Shown: positions 1-12,681 of the stretch, piece by piece | How positions within the stretch are numbered: the stretch's first letter is position 1 | Layout of the letters: each line of letters opens with the position of its first letter | Assembly: GCA_038496445.1 (NCBI GenBank) | Contig: JALMLS010000484.1 | Span: forward strand, 133,490 to 197,489 | Length of the DNA stretch: 64,000 nucleotides | DNA from: Trichosphaerium sp. ATCC 40318 | Taxonomy: Eukaryota > Protista > Tubulinea | Direction of reading: 5' to 3' | The notes under the pieces: model-generated | Seen by the model: the letters and a program-made list of their open reading frames with translations, nothing else | Told to the model about the DNA's origin: nothing | Databases searched by the model: none | Made by a program: the position numbers and the translations under genes

Positions 1-726
1 TCTAGTACTCGAGATATTGTACAGGATTACCTTAACGAAGACGAGTGTTGTGATATGGTGAAACAGTTGCAGCGCTTGTTTCACGACTTGTATATAAAGA
101 ACACTTACAAAGAACCAAGCACTATAATGATATTAAAGGTACCTTAACCCTTTTTTACCAACTATTTATTTTAACGGTATACTTACACATGGTTTAAACT
201 AGCTTATCACTCAGGAGAAAGTTTTCCCAGCGTTTCAGTGTGTTAAAGCTACTATTTGTCCTAAACTTGCAATTGGTGTTAAGGATGTTCAGGGTAGCTG
301 GAATGTTAGTTTCCGAGTTACACCTGAGTGTATAACGTACGTGACTTGTTTGAGCTCTTTTTAAATTAAAAAGAGTAAAAAGACGAAAGCAAGGCAGCAA
401 ACAAAGTCAAGTTAATCACTCTCTTTTTTTTTTTTCGGAGAAAACTCCTTATTTTTTTTCGTTCTTTTTGTTTCATTTTATTGACGATGTTTAGACTTGT
501 TCATGCCAAGAGGCAAGCTACTAATGACTTGGCTGATCCTTCACGCCAAGATTTTGTATTTGATTGGGCTTTTACAGTAGATATATCATCTACAGACTAT
601 CACCCAACTTATGTTAAAATTGGTATTGTTGATTTTAAAATCAATAATGATATCTCTCCAGATAAACAGAAAAAAATCACATCAATATTTAAAAAGCATA
701 AGTCTATTAGCAATTGTAAGTTGTAA
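1..726 (+). CDS. 3' part of a spliced gene encoding a protein resembling the amoebozoan GlfB-like C-terminal domain
   Basis: Exons join through GT-AG introns to ...IMILK|LITQEKVFPAFQCVKATICPKLAIGVKDVQGSWNVSF...|LVHAKRQ...FVFDWAFTVDI...*. The KDVxGSW, HxK and FxFxW pattern is recalled from this family. Confidence 0.55.
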
Positions 727-1353
727 AAAAAGCTTGCTAAATTTTTGAAAATAACCATGTTTGTATGCGTAAAAACATAAAAAACAAATAAAATGTATCA
801 TAATGTAACAAAAAAAATGGCACGTGATTTGTTTGCGTGTGGTATGCTTGAGTGTGAGCGAAAAAAAAAGCACTAGAGCATCTGCGTACAACAACAGCGT
901 CTTTCTAGTATACTGGCTAGTACACCTCGTTGTGGCCGAGGAGATCCTGGTTCGATTCCAGGGAAAGACAAATAACTCTTTTTCTCTTTTTGCCATTCGA
1001 TTGTTTTTTTGCTAAAGTATTCAATCTTATCTGTTTGTTTTGGTAATTAGAATTGAAAAATGTGTTTTCGTAGCGCTACTAAAGTGCACCTTCATGTTCA
1101 TGAGAAGTCATCAAAACATGACTAAATACAACTTTTTTGCGAGTTTTCTGCCACTTAAAGTACGTTATTAAGCAACTGTTGAATAGTGACCTATTTATTA
1201 TGTTTAGTACATACACGACGACCATTTTTCTTGAGCACAGAAATTGTACAATAATGATTAGCGAATTGTGGAAGTTTTTTACGAAAAACGCACCAGAAAT
1301 TATTTTTACCCGAAATTCTATTTCTTCTCGATTTTTAAACCAAACACCGCGTG

Positions 1354-2217
1354 ATGCACCTTATCACAGAATTATGCGTTGTGTTTGTATTCCTATTAGC
1401 GTTATCAAGCGCTCAGCCTAGAAATAAGGGTCCTATACCCGACTTTGGCTACAAACAGATCAATTACATATCTGCGTCGTGTGAGGGTTGTCATAAAGAT
1501 GTATACTCCGGTAGGTTTGTCTTTTGCAATGGACACTTCAAGGGAGCAACGAAAACCGGTTGTAACTGGGTGGGAGGTCCAGGAGAGTGTACAGGGCCTA
1601 GAGGAAGACCGCATATAACGCGAGAGGAATGCAGGAGCCTTTGCGACGCCGATTCGCGTTGTAGGTTCTTCAATTTCTTGACAGGGCAACCTGATTTCTG
1701 TCTATTGATATACATGGAGACTTGCCACCCTGTGCACTTTCAGAGGTACATGGTAGAGATCTACCAGAGGCCTAAATACATATCTTTCGAAAAACGAGGC
1801 TCCGGCTTCGCCTTGGATGGTCATCCTGGTGGAAGGAGTGGACAAAATGTGCACTTGGTTAGAAGGAACAAAGCTAACAGAAACCAACATTTCTTCGAAA
1901 TACCGATAAATACAAATCACGGGTTGTTCTATTCTTTTCAGAAGAGGTTTACAAATCTTTGTATTGATGGTTCTAGTGGTGCTGCTAATGGTAAAAATGT
2001 ACACATGATTACTTGCAACAATGCGAACAAAAATCAGCATTGGCGTAAAAAAAAGTATAGCATTTGGTTACCATGGTTAAGTAAGTATTATTATCTCCAA
2101 AAAAGAGATACAGATTATAGAATTGATGGAAGCAGCAGAAGTGCTAGTGGTCAGAATGTTTTCATGTGGAGAAAATCTAGAAGTAGCCAAGTTTTCAAGC
2201 AAATAACAGTAGAGTAA
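1354..2217 (+). CDS. Secreted protein with a Cys-rich PAN/apple-like domain and a ricin-B (beta-trefoil) lectin domain; intronless
   Basis: Signal peptide (VVFVFLLALSSA); CRSLCDADSRCRFFNF PAN pattern; three repeats of KRxxxxxIDGxxGxxxGxNV...NQHW/F. Confidence 0.8.
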   Translation: MHLITELCVVFVFLLALSSAQPRNKGPIPDFGYKQINYISASCEGCHKDVYSGRFVFCNGHFKGATKTGCNWVGGPGECTGPRGRPHITREECRSLCDADSRCRFFNFLTGQPDFCLLIYMETCHPVHFQRYMVEIYQRPKYISFEKRGSGFALDGHPGGRSGQNVHLVRRNKANRNQHFFEIPINTNHGLFYSFQKRFTNLCIDGSSGAANGKNVHMITCNNANKNQHWRKKKYSIWLPWLSKYYYLQKRDTDYRIDGSSRSASGQNVFMWRKSRSSQVFKQITVE

Positions 2218-2812
2218 ACGACATAGACTAATAAACACGTGGGTTTTTTTTCACTTTTTTTTTTGACAACGCAATGATAACATCATCAAATAACACCTTG
2301 GTGGCTATTGGGGACATGAACATATTCTCTAATTAAATCAATATCAAGTGGATGCGTTCAATACACTCATGCTCTCCAAGTTAGACAGGTACGGTCAAAT
2401 TAAGGAGTTGCTAGTTTATGATAGAAATAAATATTGTCAAAAGGATTTCCCCGCTAAACACTTATTTCCCCGGCTAACTAAATAAATGTTAAGCACTAGG
2501 GCTTTTTCTACTCGTGACTAGTCAATAAATTACATTACAAGCAGCTTGTTATGAGTATTTCTTTGGGAAAAATAAGCTCCATTTTTCACAGAACCCTTGA
2601 ATTTACCTTACGCAATTTCTTGTCATACACGGGCTATGTGTTTCTCCCCATATTTTATTTTAAGTGTACTCTCAAACCTTATGGCTATTTGAAGCAGGTT
2701 CTTGCTTTACACACAGTTTGCCTTATTTGGTTTTTTTGACAAAACTTAATCGCCGGTGTGTCTGTTTCTCCCTTTTTACCTAAAACTCAGTATACTTCTT
2801 ACCCCTTCACCT

Positions 2813-4746
2813 ATGATTGTTGTCTGGACGTTCCTAGCATTGATCTTTACTTACGCTATTGTCCTTTTCTACAGGCTGTACGGGAGTAAGGTCATTGGAT
2901 ACGTCAAACAATTTTTGTGGTTCCAAGGCGTACCTATTCATCCTTCGTTTAAAAATGTTCAATGGAGGTTGTTGCGACACCCAAAGCATTTTGCTAATAG
3001 AATCACATTATGGCCAAAGACACGTGATAACAAGAATGCTAAGATTGTTAAAATGAACCTTCAGGGTCAAGTTGTTTTGGGTATTTCCGATCCTGCTTAT
3101 GCAAAGCAACTTCTTATTCATGAAAACATACCAAAATCAATGCTAATGTACAAAAACGTGCGTAGAATATCTTGACTTTCGAAAAAAAATATTGAAGATT
3201 GTCACTTCGGTTTTGTTCTTATTCTTTTTCTGCGATTTATGATTGTTTGATTAAATGATTGTATAGTTTGTTACACTTCTTGGTGTTGGTTTAGTTTCGT
3301 TGCAGACAAATGATACATGGAAAACGAGACGAAGACTTTTGACACCTGTTTTTCATTTTAAGTCGTTAACAGCAATGTTGCCTACAATCACTGACATTAC
3401 ACAACAGTGCATTGAGGATCTTTGTGCTAAAGTAGATAAATCCAACGGAATGCTTGATATACAACCTAAAGAAGAGACTGCTTTCATGACAATGAGGATG
3501 ATTGTTGCTTTAGTATTTGGTGAAGACTTCGATGCCAAGTTCATGACTGTTACTTTTAAAAAACTCATTGACGAGTTTGGTATGTTTATGCTTCTCCAGA
3601 CTGTCTTTTGTGGACTATGGGATCACACGTGCGTAAATTCAGTCACTGGTGTTATTTGACATTAACGCCTATAAGGCCGTTCCGACAAGTACGTGCTGAG
3701 TTGCATTTAAAAGTGGGAGAAGCAATCAAAAGAAGAAAGAAAAATCTAAGCAGCACGAAACATCAAGACTTAATAACGTTAATGTTGAAAGCACAAAAGG
3801 AATATCCAGATATTCTCACTGATGACGTTGTACTTGATGAATCATTATTGTTCTTCTTTGCTGGACATGATACAGTACGTCAACAAAAACCCAAACAAAA
3901 AGAGAACAACTTAACAAGAGTTGTTAAGTTTGCTTCTATCCTAGACAGCAATAACGCTTGCATGGTCTCTGTATATTATGTCAAGATACCCCAGCGTTCA
4001 AGAAAAGCTATTAGCAGAAGTTAATAGACTTATACGTACGTACAAGCAATTGATTGAACATGAGAGCCATCTAACATAAAGAACAGCAGGTGACTCTACA
4101 ATAGCTACGAAACAACAACTAAATGATTTTGTGTACACGAAAGCATTCATTAAGTACGTCAAACAACTAGACTATTAGTTTCTCAGAACAATATATCCTT
4201 CATTTATGACTTTATAGAGAAACACTGAGGCTGTTCTCTCCAGCAAATGTTTTACCACGTGTTATCGGAAAAGATGTTAAAGTAGGAGATATTCTATTAC
4301 CCGCTGGCCAGAATGTGTTGATTGCACACTCTTTAATAATGAGGAATTCGCGTGTATGGCAAGTCGCATTGTTGTATATCGGCGTATTAAATGTGTTGTT
4401 ATTAGGGAGCGCCCTGAGAAGTTTGATCCAGCTCGGTTTTTAGATTCTAAAGCAGGAGATAAGTTTGGGTGGATGCCTTTCTCAGCGGGATCGTAATTGT
4501 ATTGGTAAACAATTGGCCCTTATGGAGCTTGTGGTTACTATTTCGGCTTTGGTAAAGAGATTTGAAGTCTCAAAACCGCCTGGTACGTGACTACCTAATT
4601 GTGTGTTTCATTTGCTTTTAATAGTATCTAACGGCGTGCCTTTAGATCAAAACGAAGATCCAATGAACGTCAATGATACCTATAGTGGAATGTTCCTTGT
4701 AGAGCCTAACCCTGATCTATCTGTTGTACTGAAAAACAGACAATAA
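2813..4746 (+). CDS. Cytochrome P450, multi-exon, with a frameshift and stop inside the heme-binding motif (pseudogene or assembly error)
   Basis: N-terminal membrane anchor; WKTRRRLLTPVFHF; FFFAGHDT; ETLR; PEKFDPARF. PFSAG is followed, out of frame at about 4491, by RNCIGKQLALMEL. Confidence 0.9.
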
Positions 4747-4889
4747 ACTGTTGTTTTTTCAAAACAACACGGACTACGAAAACGGTCCATGACTTTAAAG
4801 TTGGATATCTCTTGTTTTAATTCTGTTTTCCGGAACACGTGTTCAAAATAAATGCTGTTTATTTATAAAGTTCTGCAACGTATCAATTA

Positions 4890-5444
4890 CTAATTATCAC
4901 ATGTTGCAGGAGTTCGGACAATACAAGGATATGCCTAAAGTAAAGTGTATTAGCGAACAAGTAGGTTTGAAAAATGTAGCGTACCACTTCGTGTTGTATT
5001 AGACAATTCTCATAAAATGCGTCACAATTTGGACTTATAGGAGGAGAAACACAATGAGTATCCCACCAAGCACCACCTATTGCTTGGTTAAAAAACCCGA
5101 GATGCAGAACACGTGATGATTGGTTTTTTTTTAGCAGTTTGTTATTTTGCGGGCCACTGCACTTGTCATAGTTAAATTAAACGTACATGACTCCAATCCA
5201 CATGTTGTAAAGACTCTCTGGCAAAAAGCGCACTTTGTTAGTACGCAAGGCCTAGCAGTACCTTTGCCTTGTAGTTAGACTCCAAACTGTATCAATAACA
5301 AAATTAAATACCTTTACAACATGGTGTGTGAGGATCTCTGGTGCTACAGAAAGCATGGGAGCAAGTATCTACTGTAGGATTTGCCAATACACTGTAACAG
5401 AGCACAAGAGCGAATAAAGCGAAAACAAGAGGTGATGCAGTCAT
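4890..5444 (-). CDS. Small secreted cysteine-rich protein, copy A (4 exons, 14 Cys in the mature part)
   Basis: Spliced translation MTASPLVFALFALVLCYSVLANPTVDTCSHAFCSTRDPHTPCCK|GKGTARPCVLTKCAFCQRVFTTCGLES|CGAWWDTHCVSPPISPNCDAFYENCLIQHEV|AYPCIVRTPATCDN*; intron positions shared with copy B. Confidence 0.8.
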
Positions 5445-6335
5445 TGGGATGCGCAAGAGACTTTGTGAATGGTTTCAATTTTCTGTCCACCTTTTTTTCG
5501 TTGTTTTCTAAAGCATACTTCGAAGTTTACAATACTCTCAGCACTACCAAGGCGCAGATAGTTGATGCGTTGCTCACCTCATTAAATGATGTTCCATGAA
5601 AACTGCAAATGCTACAACGTCCTGCAGTAAGCGAACAACTTTGGTTTTGTGTATTGTTGTAAGCGAACAGCTTTGGTTTATAGCAGTCGAGGATATCGTG
5701 TTGTTCTGGTCGCTCGCCTTACGCAAAAAAAAAATCAAACAAACGTTGAGAAATACCGCTGTGATCCTTTATATTCTTCCTGGCGTTGTCTGGTACTGTT
5801 AGAAGCGTTCTTGCTATCAATGTCGGCACCAGTGCACTAAAAATACACGTTCAAATAAAGCGTTTTAATACCGAACACAAATAAATTGGCATTCAACATT
5901 GCGGAGATATAGCTTGTAAGGTTCGATCTGTGTGTAGCCGCACATCATTCTTGTCAGTTTCGTGGTTTTTAACCAAACACGTGATAAAGGCTAAAAAACG
6001 TGCTTATCACGTTTACGTTAGGCTAAAGACCGTATTCCGAGTTTTATTATGGTCGTTGTACGCGAGGAGAAGCTATGTTGAGCTACCGTTAATCCCTGAA
6101 TGCTGAGCTTCAGCAATACGACAATACACAAAACCAAAGTTGTTCGCTTACTGCAGGACGTTGTAGCATTTGCAGTTTTCATGGAACATCATTTAATGAG
6201 GTGAGCAACGCATCAACTATCTGCGCCTTGGTAGTGCTGAGAGTATTGTAAACTTCGAAGTATGCTTTAGAAAACAACGAAAAAAACAGGTGGACAGAAA
6301 ATTAAAACCATTCACAAAGTCTCTTGCGCATCCCA

Positions 6336-6868
6336 ATGACTGCATCACCTCTTGTTTTCGCTTTATTCGCTCTCATACTCTGTTACAGCGTATTAGGAGT
6401 GTCTGTATGCAGTCATAACTTCTGTAAGCATAACAAACCTCACACACCATGTTACAAACGTATGCATTAAATACACTCATACAATACACTAACTAACCCC
6501 TTCCATAGCCGGAACTAGCCAAATTACAAAGTGTGCTTTCTGCAAGAGAGTCTTTACAACATGTGGCTTAGAGAATTGTACGTATAAACATTATATCTAT
6601 TCTTTAGCAAAGAGGAAAATCACGTGTTTGGATTTTGTCAAACTTTTTTTTTCTTTGTACCTGTGTTTGTTTAACATGGTTGTAGGTGGTTCGTTCAGGA
6701 CCTACTGTAGACAAGAAATTACACATCTAGATTGCGATGCTTATTACGAAATTTGTCTAGATCATGATGAAGTGGTATGCTAATACAATCTTATTTTAGT
6801 CTTTTTGTTAACGATGGTGTTAGGCCTTTACTTGTGTTGTCAGAAACCCACCAACTTGCAATAAGTGA
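6336..6868 (+). CDS. Small secreted cysteine-rich protein, copy B (4 exons, 12 Cys in the mature part)
   Basis: MTASPLVFALFALILCYSVLGVSVCSHNFCKHNKPHTPCYK|PGTSQITKCAFCKRVFTTCGLEN|CGSFRTYCRQEITHLDCDAYYEICLDHDEV|AFTCVVRNPPTCNK*. Confidence 0.8.
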
Positions 6869-7171
6869 TGTTTCTATAGTTTGTGATTAAATTGTTTGAT
6901 TAAGAATATCGATATTAACATAACATTACACGCAATCAATAAAACTGATTCTTAACCAGTTTTGCATTTTACTTTCAAAAACATAAAAAAGTATCGTTCA
7001 CGTGTTGTCAGCTTGATGCCAAGTTTTCACTATTAGTACTAACAACATCGCTTTGCGTTCAACTATCGTTTAACCTCGTCTAGAAAACCCAGTGCTGCAG
7101 GACTGAATACACTTGCTAGTTGCTATTTATAAAAATCGATTTTAACGTTTGAAGGTAGTTGTTTATTCCAT

Positions 7172-10100
7172 TTATATATTTACATTAAACAACCTCACTG
7201 ATCCATCAGTACTACAAGAAGCTAGCTGTATGCCATCTTTTTCATTATTCCTCCAAATCAGCTTCTGAACAGTTGCAACATGACATAATCTTAAAAATCA
7301 GTCAAAAAAAAAAGAAAGAGAAGACGTCAAAAAAAACACAAAAAAAAAAAATTACATAGGTTTTGTTTCAAAGTTTAACTTGGCCGTGCAGTATGAAAGT
7401 TTGTCTTTTTTAGCGCAACGTATTATACATTAATATACAAATACTAAAATACGAGCGTTGACGGACGATACCCAAACGAAGAAAGAAAGGGGAAAAAAAA
7501 CCTTCAGATTTTTGATTACGTACGGTTTTGGAACTTCAACCAACATCTCAGCTGCTACTGGAGCCTTTTCGTCATCTTTCAAAGAAATGGTATAAACTAT
7601 TATACTACCATTCTCCAATCCAACTGCAATCAGATATTTCTCATTGACTTTGTTGTAATACCAAGAAACACTTGTGCAAGCGCTCTAAAAAAAATCACGT
7701 GTTAAAGATTATTTTTTAAATGACAAGAATCATGTTCACAAGAGCCACCAACAATTTTTTGGTGAAAATTTAGGATTATAACATGTTAAATAGGAGTATT
7801 ACTTTTAGATTATTATGTACCTTAAATTTTATAGCCAATACAGGTACGAAAGTAAGTGCTTTTCCGTCATTGATAGATTTTTTCCAAATCTTTACTGTTT
7901 TATCTCTTGAAGCTGTTGCGATATATGTGTTACAAGGAGACCATGATCCACTCCAAATAATACGAGCATGAGCTTTTACTTTTTTGAATACAAGAGAATA
8001 CATTGAGTCATCTCCCTACATGACAATAAGAAACACGAAGAACACAGAGGAAACCAAGTTTAAAAAAAATCAAACACAAACCTTTTTCCAAACGCAAAAA
8101 GCGCGATCTCTTGACACTGATAGCAAATACTCATCATCTGAAGAGAACTCAAGTCCAACTACAGTTAGTGTATGACCACTCCCTTCTGTTTCTCCAATAG
8201 CACTTCTATTAGACATGTTCCAAAGTCGGATCTTTGCAACTTTTTCTGTTTTGGCAACACAAGCTGAAGCCAAAACCTTTCCAGAAGTTGATGTTGCCAA
8301 CGCATACACTTGATCACCATGACCGTATAACTTTTCAATTTCAGCCCATAATGTACGTTGTTTTAGTTGATCTTCAACAGGAGGTTTTTCAAGAACGAGA
8401 GGGGCGTGACCTTTAAGAAAAGTAAGCAATTATGTCTTCTTATATGTCCAAGAAAGTACCTTCAAACTCTTCCAAATCGAAAGTTTGCTTCTTCATAGCT
8501 TGTGCTTCAGCTTTTTGAGTTCCAGCACTTTGAAATACTGGTTTATTAGATAAACCAAGTGAAGGAGTATTAGCAGAATAAGCACGTGCAGCAGTACTCT
8601 ACGAAAAGAATAAGAAAAACATGTTTCCAAAAAATCAAGTGGCTTGCCTCTTCCGCTTCCTTTGTCTTTATCCCAGCAAGGTTATCAATACTTTTAACAA
8701 ATGTAATAGGTGCTTCGAACACCCTTATAACCTTTTCTTCTGCTGCGCTAACAAAAGTATGTTGTACTTTATTCACAAAAGCAATAGCACGCAAATCATG
8801 TCCATGAACCTTCATTTTGTCATTAACAAAACTTCCTGCCAACTAGTTTCGCAGAAAACTTTTCACGTACTTCTGGTCTACCTGCTTCTAAGAATTTTCC
8901 AGTCTCAGAGCTCTTAGCAAATAACCTTGCTGTTTGATCTTTACTAACAGAAACAAGATAAGACTTTGTTGGATCCCAAGCGACATCAGTTACACTTTCA
9001 AAATGACCTGTAGGAGCTGCAGTTGGTTCCCAAGTACTTTCGGTCTTAAGCCATAAATGAAAGGACCCATTATCTCCCTAAATTGATAATTAAGAGGTTT
9101 GAAGTGAACAGAAGCATCATATATGTAAGTTATATATGGGTACAACCACAAAAAAAGAAAATAAAGTTAACATACTTGAGCAATAATTTTATCGCAGCAC
9201 GGAGAACATTGTGCGCCATGAAATCCTAGTCTATTCCCGCCTACTTCTCCAACGCGTACAGTTTCTATCCATATGCCAGAATCACTATCCTGTGTCCACA
9301 TAATAACAGATTTATCCATACTTGAAGACAAAAGGACCAAGGTGTCTAAAAGCAAAAAAAAATAAACAAAGCAGTAGATGTCAAAAATTTACCTTCATCT
9401 TTCTTCGGCCTTCCCCAGTGAACAGATGACACCCATTGTGCGTGCCCAACTAGTACAGATTCTAATGTAATAGCTACTGTATGATTTCCAACTTTAAACT
9501 TATCTTGGTTGCCTATCATACCAACACCACTTGTTTACAAATATTAGTGGAGTTGTGGATATTTCTCTGTTGACCGTACGTCTCTAAACCAGCTTTAAGA
9601 GAATCAAGCTGCTCTGCAAATGTTGAAAATGAAGCTTTCTCTTCAGCCAAATCTTCTTTAACATGACTAACACGCCCTACACATATCACGTGTCAGTAAA
9701 CTTTCGATTTAAATCAAAGGTTAATTGAAAAAAAAAAAGAACTCATACAAAGTCTGATGCGTCTATCTTGTCCACACGAAGCCAAAAGTCCTACAGTCCC
9801 TTTGGATATCATAATATAATCTAAATCCTTTATCCAATCTTCATGACCTTTAAGAGTTGTGACAGTAGTATACGACTAAAACAAAAACAAATAAGCAATT
9901 CGAAATCAAAAGTTCAAAAAAACAAAATGAATAGTGCGTCATTTGAGGTACCTTTAGATCATCTGAAGGGCATAGAATTTCCATATGAGATAGTAAATTA
10001 CCAATAGCAACGAATGGTTTATTAATTGGTGAAGGTAGCATCGCGATTTTGACCGAATTTGGCATTGCTTTCATAGAAAACAGCTTTTCGAAAACTTTTA

Positions 10101-10667
10101 CGAATTTATCTCCTTCCCAGTTGAAAACTGTCAATTTACCGCTAGTATCAATTGCAGCGATATGTATTGTATCGTTTGAATCGTTTCTAACAGCAGAAAG
10201 ACCTGTTACAACACCGTCCAGCTTCAGTTTTTGCTGGATTGTCCACTAAGAGCGCTGTATGTTAGTTTTGAGCCTTACCAAGCGTGTGTACCTTTGTAGA
10301 ATCAACGCACAGCTCTTTTGCTGTTGAACTCCATATTAACACCGTCTTATCGGTACTGGCGGATACTATAAGCGATTGCGAGTTGTCTTGTATAAAAATA
10401 AGGTGATTGGTCGCCGTCTGTTTAATTTACCTTTTTTATGTATCCATTCTACTTGATTTACGCGATTAGTGTGCCCTGGAAGCGTTGCAACATTATTCGT
10501 CTTTAATTTCATTAAAATCATAATAATACGCGTCTATGCACCTTAGTATTCCATAAACCAACGAAATTATGAGCAGCGAATGCTACTAAATCTCCTTTGC
10601 CCCAACGAATGCAATGTGCCAAACGATTTACACCAACACTAACAAATTCAAGCGAGCAATTCGCCAT
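7172..10667 (-). CDS. ELP2: Elongator complex protein 2 (WD40), multi-exon
   Basis: [48 protein letters not shown]...[27 protein letters not shown]. Confidence 0.95.
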
Positions 10668-11382
10668 TGTAATTGTTTTAACCAACAATAAACGGGACAA
10701 CACAATTTCGGGATTAGTCTACAAAATTCCTTTGAATAGAATTCTGTAGAGCAAGACCAGTACCATGCGCACGTACCCTTCCCTACAAACTCTACGGACT
10801 CTTTTCTTCTTTGAACACAAAGTAAACGACAGCTTCTTATTCTAAGTAAAATACAAGAAAGACTGAAAAGACAAATCAGCTTTTGTTTGTGTTTGACCGG
10901 AACTAATGCCATTTTGTAGTGTCAAAAGCAAGTGTTTCACGATGATTTGTGAGCACAAATAACACTAGGCTACGCAAACTAGCTTGTTGATGTATCCTTG
11001 TACTTTGTACTAATATGAGTTAGTCACGTGCTTGCTATTAATTTCTGAAAAGTAGACTGTGTCCTTTCAAGCCAACTCTGCGTGTTGAGGTTAAGGTAAT
11101 CAGAAATAAACGCAACCCTAAATATACTTCTCGCTCGAGAATTGTTAACAAACTGGCGAATGCAACTTTGCGAGCTTTCTGCCTGATGCGATGAAGAATA
11201 GTTAAAACTGGTAAAATAAGAATCAGTTTTATTGATTGTAGTGTTCAACGAATCATTGTTGCAATTGTTTTACTTCTTCACGCAGTTTCTTGTTCAGTTT
11301 CTCATACACGAGGTTAGATTGCTTCCATACAATTGATCATCAGGTACACTAACTCTTGTGCATTAGTTCTCATTGACCGTAG

Positions 11383-12681
11383 CTAATGTATTTCCTTACG
11401 TCCCCTCTTGTACTCCCCTTCCTGTTTACCCAAAACAAATTTGCCCTGCAGACACAATTTCCCATTCTTATCCCAGTTTTTGTGTATTCCATCTCGTTTA
11501 TCGTTGATGTAATTGCACTGTTCACACAACTTGCCATTGCTATGCCATATCTTGTACTCTCCTTCTTTTTTACCATTGATACTATTGAACTGCTCCTCAA
11601 CTTGGCCGTTTTTGTACCATGTGTTGTACATCCCGTGTTGTATGCCATTGACATACTGAACACACTTCTTCAATTGGCCATTGTAATACCACTCATTGAA
11701 CTCTCCTTCTTTTTTATTTTTGACATATTTGCACTGTTCACATAATTGACCATTGCTGTACCACCTCTTGAACTCTCCTTCGTTTTGGCCATTGATATAA
11801 TTAAACTCATTCCTCACTTGGCCATTATTATGCCAGGTTTTGTGCTCTCCATGTAGTGTACCGTTTGTGTAAGTGCACTTTAAAAGCAATTGGCCAGATT
11901 CAAGCCACTCCATAAACTCTCCATCTTTGACACCACTATTGTAACAATATTGGTATTGTAATTGACCATTGCTGTACCAACGTTTGCACTCACCATGTTG
12001 TTTCCCATTTATGTAATATTCTTTCTTTACTTGACCATCGCTGTACCAATACTTGCACTCACCATGTTGTTTCCCATTAACGTAATTATCATGTTGCCTT
12101 AATTCGCCATTGCTGTACCAATGCTTGCACTCACCATGTCGTTTCCCATTAACATAATTATCACGTTGCTTCAATTGGCCATTTTTAAACCACATGATGT
12201 ACTTTCCATCTCGCTTACCATCAACATAATGGCACTGCTCATTTAATTGGCCATTGTCATGCCAAGCTCTATATTCCCCAATTTGTATACCATTTACATA
12301 ATTGCGGTGATCATATAACTGACCATTGTAATACCAACGCTTGCACTCTCCATGTTTTTTCCCATTGAGAAAACTAAAATGCCGTTTCATTTGGCCATTC
12401 TTATCCCATTTCTTGTACTCATGTTGAACACCATGGTTCCAATACACCTCACAAAAAAGCCTGTTATTTATTCTTCTTTGCCATTTTCCATGCTTTTTCA
12501 TCTCCCCATCAAACCTGAGCGTCATTGCCGTCTGTTTAGATAGTAATGGCCAAATACAATTTATTTCCCGGGATAGGTCCAAATCGATAATATCAAGCTG
12601 AATCTCAACTGGGAGGCTCAATAGATGGCAGTCATCCGATTTTACACTGCGCTGCTCTTTATTCCTTTGTATACGCTCCAT
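11383..12681 (-). CDS. MORN-variant (YwqK-like) repeat protein with an N-terminal F-box-like segment; intronless
   Basis: About 15 repeats of GxxHGExKxWYxNGQLxxxxxY; N-terminal LLSLPVEIQLDII. Confidence 0.85.
   Translation of the reverse strand: MERIQRNKEQRSVKSDDCHLLSLPVEIQLDIIDLDLSREINCIWPLLSKQTAMTLRFDGEMKKHGKWQRRINNRLFCEVYWNHGVQHEYKKWDKNGQMKRHFSFLNGKKHGECKRWYYNGQLYDHRNYVNGIQIGEYRAWHDNGQLNEQCHYVDGKRDGKYIMWFKNGQLKQRDNYVNGKRHGECKHWYSNGELRQHDNYVNGKQHGECKYWYSDGQVKKEYYINGKQHGECKRWYSNGQLQYQYCYNSGVKDGEFMEWLESGQLLLKCTYTNGTLHGEHKTWHNNGQVRNEFNYINGQNEGEFKRWYSNGQLCEQCKYVKNKKEGEFNEWYYNGQLKKCVQYVNGIQHGMYNTWYKNGQVEEQFNSINGKKEGEYKIWHSNGKLCEQCNYINDKRDGIHKNWDKNGKLCLQGKFVLGKQEGEYKRGRKEIH

Larger units (their letters stand above)
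4890..6868. repeat. Inverted (head-to-head) duplication; arms about 4890-5657 and 6121-6868, spacer about 460 bp
   Basis: 5445-5657 is the reverse complement of 6121-6335 apart from one substitution and a 2-nt indel; similarity continues, decaying, through the paralogous genes. Confidence 0.95.

Noticed and set aside
5381-5840. Plus-strand ORFs in the duplicated arm and spacer
   Set aside because: Antisense to the peptide gene and its promoter; no protein features.
11386-12543. Hydrophobic plus-strand ORFs and regular ~72-bp periodicity resembling a CRISPR or tandem array
   Set aside because: Antisense shadow of the MORN-variant repeats; units are degenerate codon repeats without constant repeat plus unique spacer structure.
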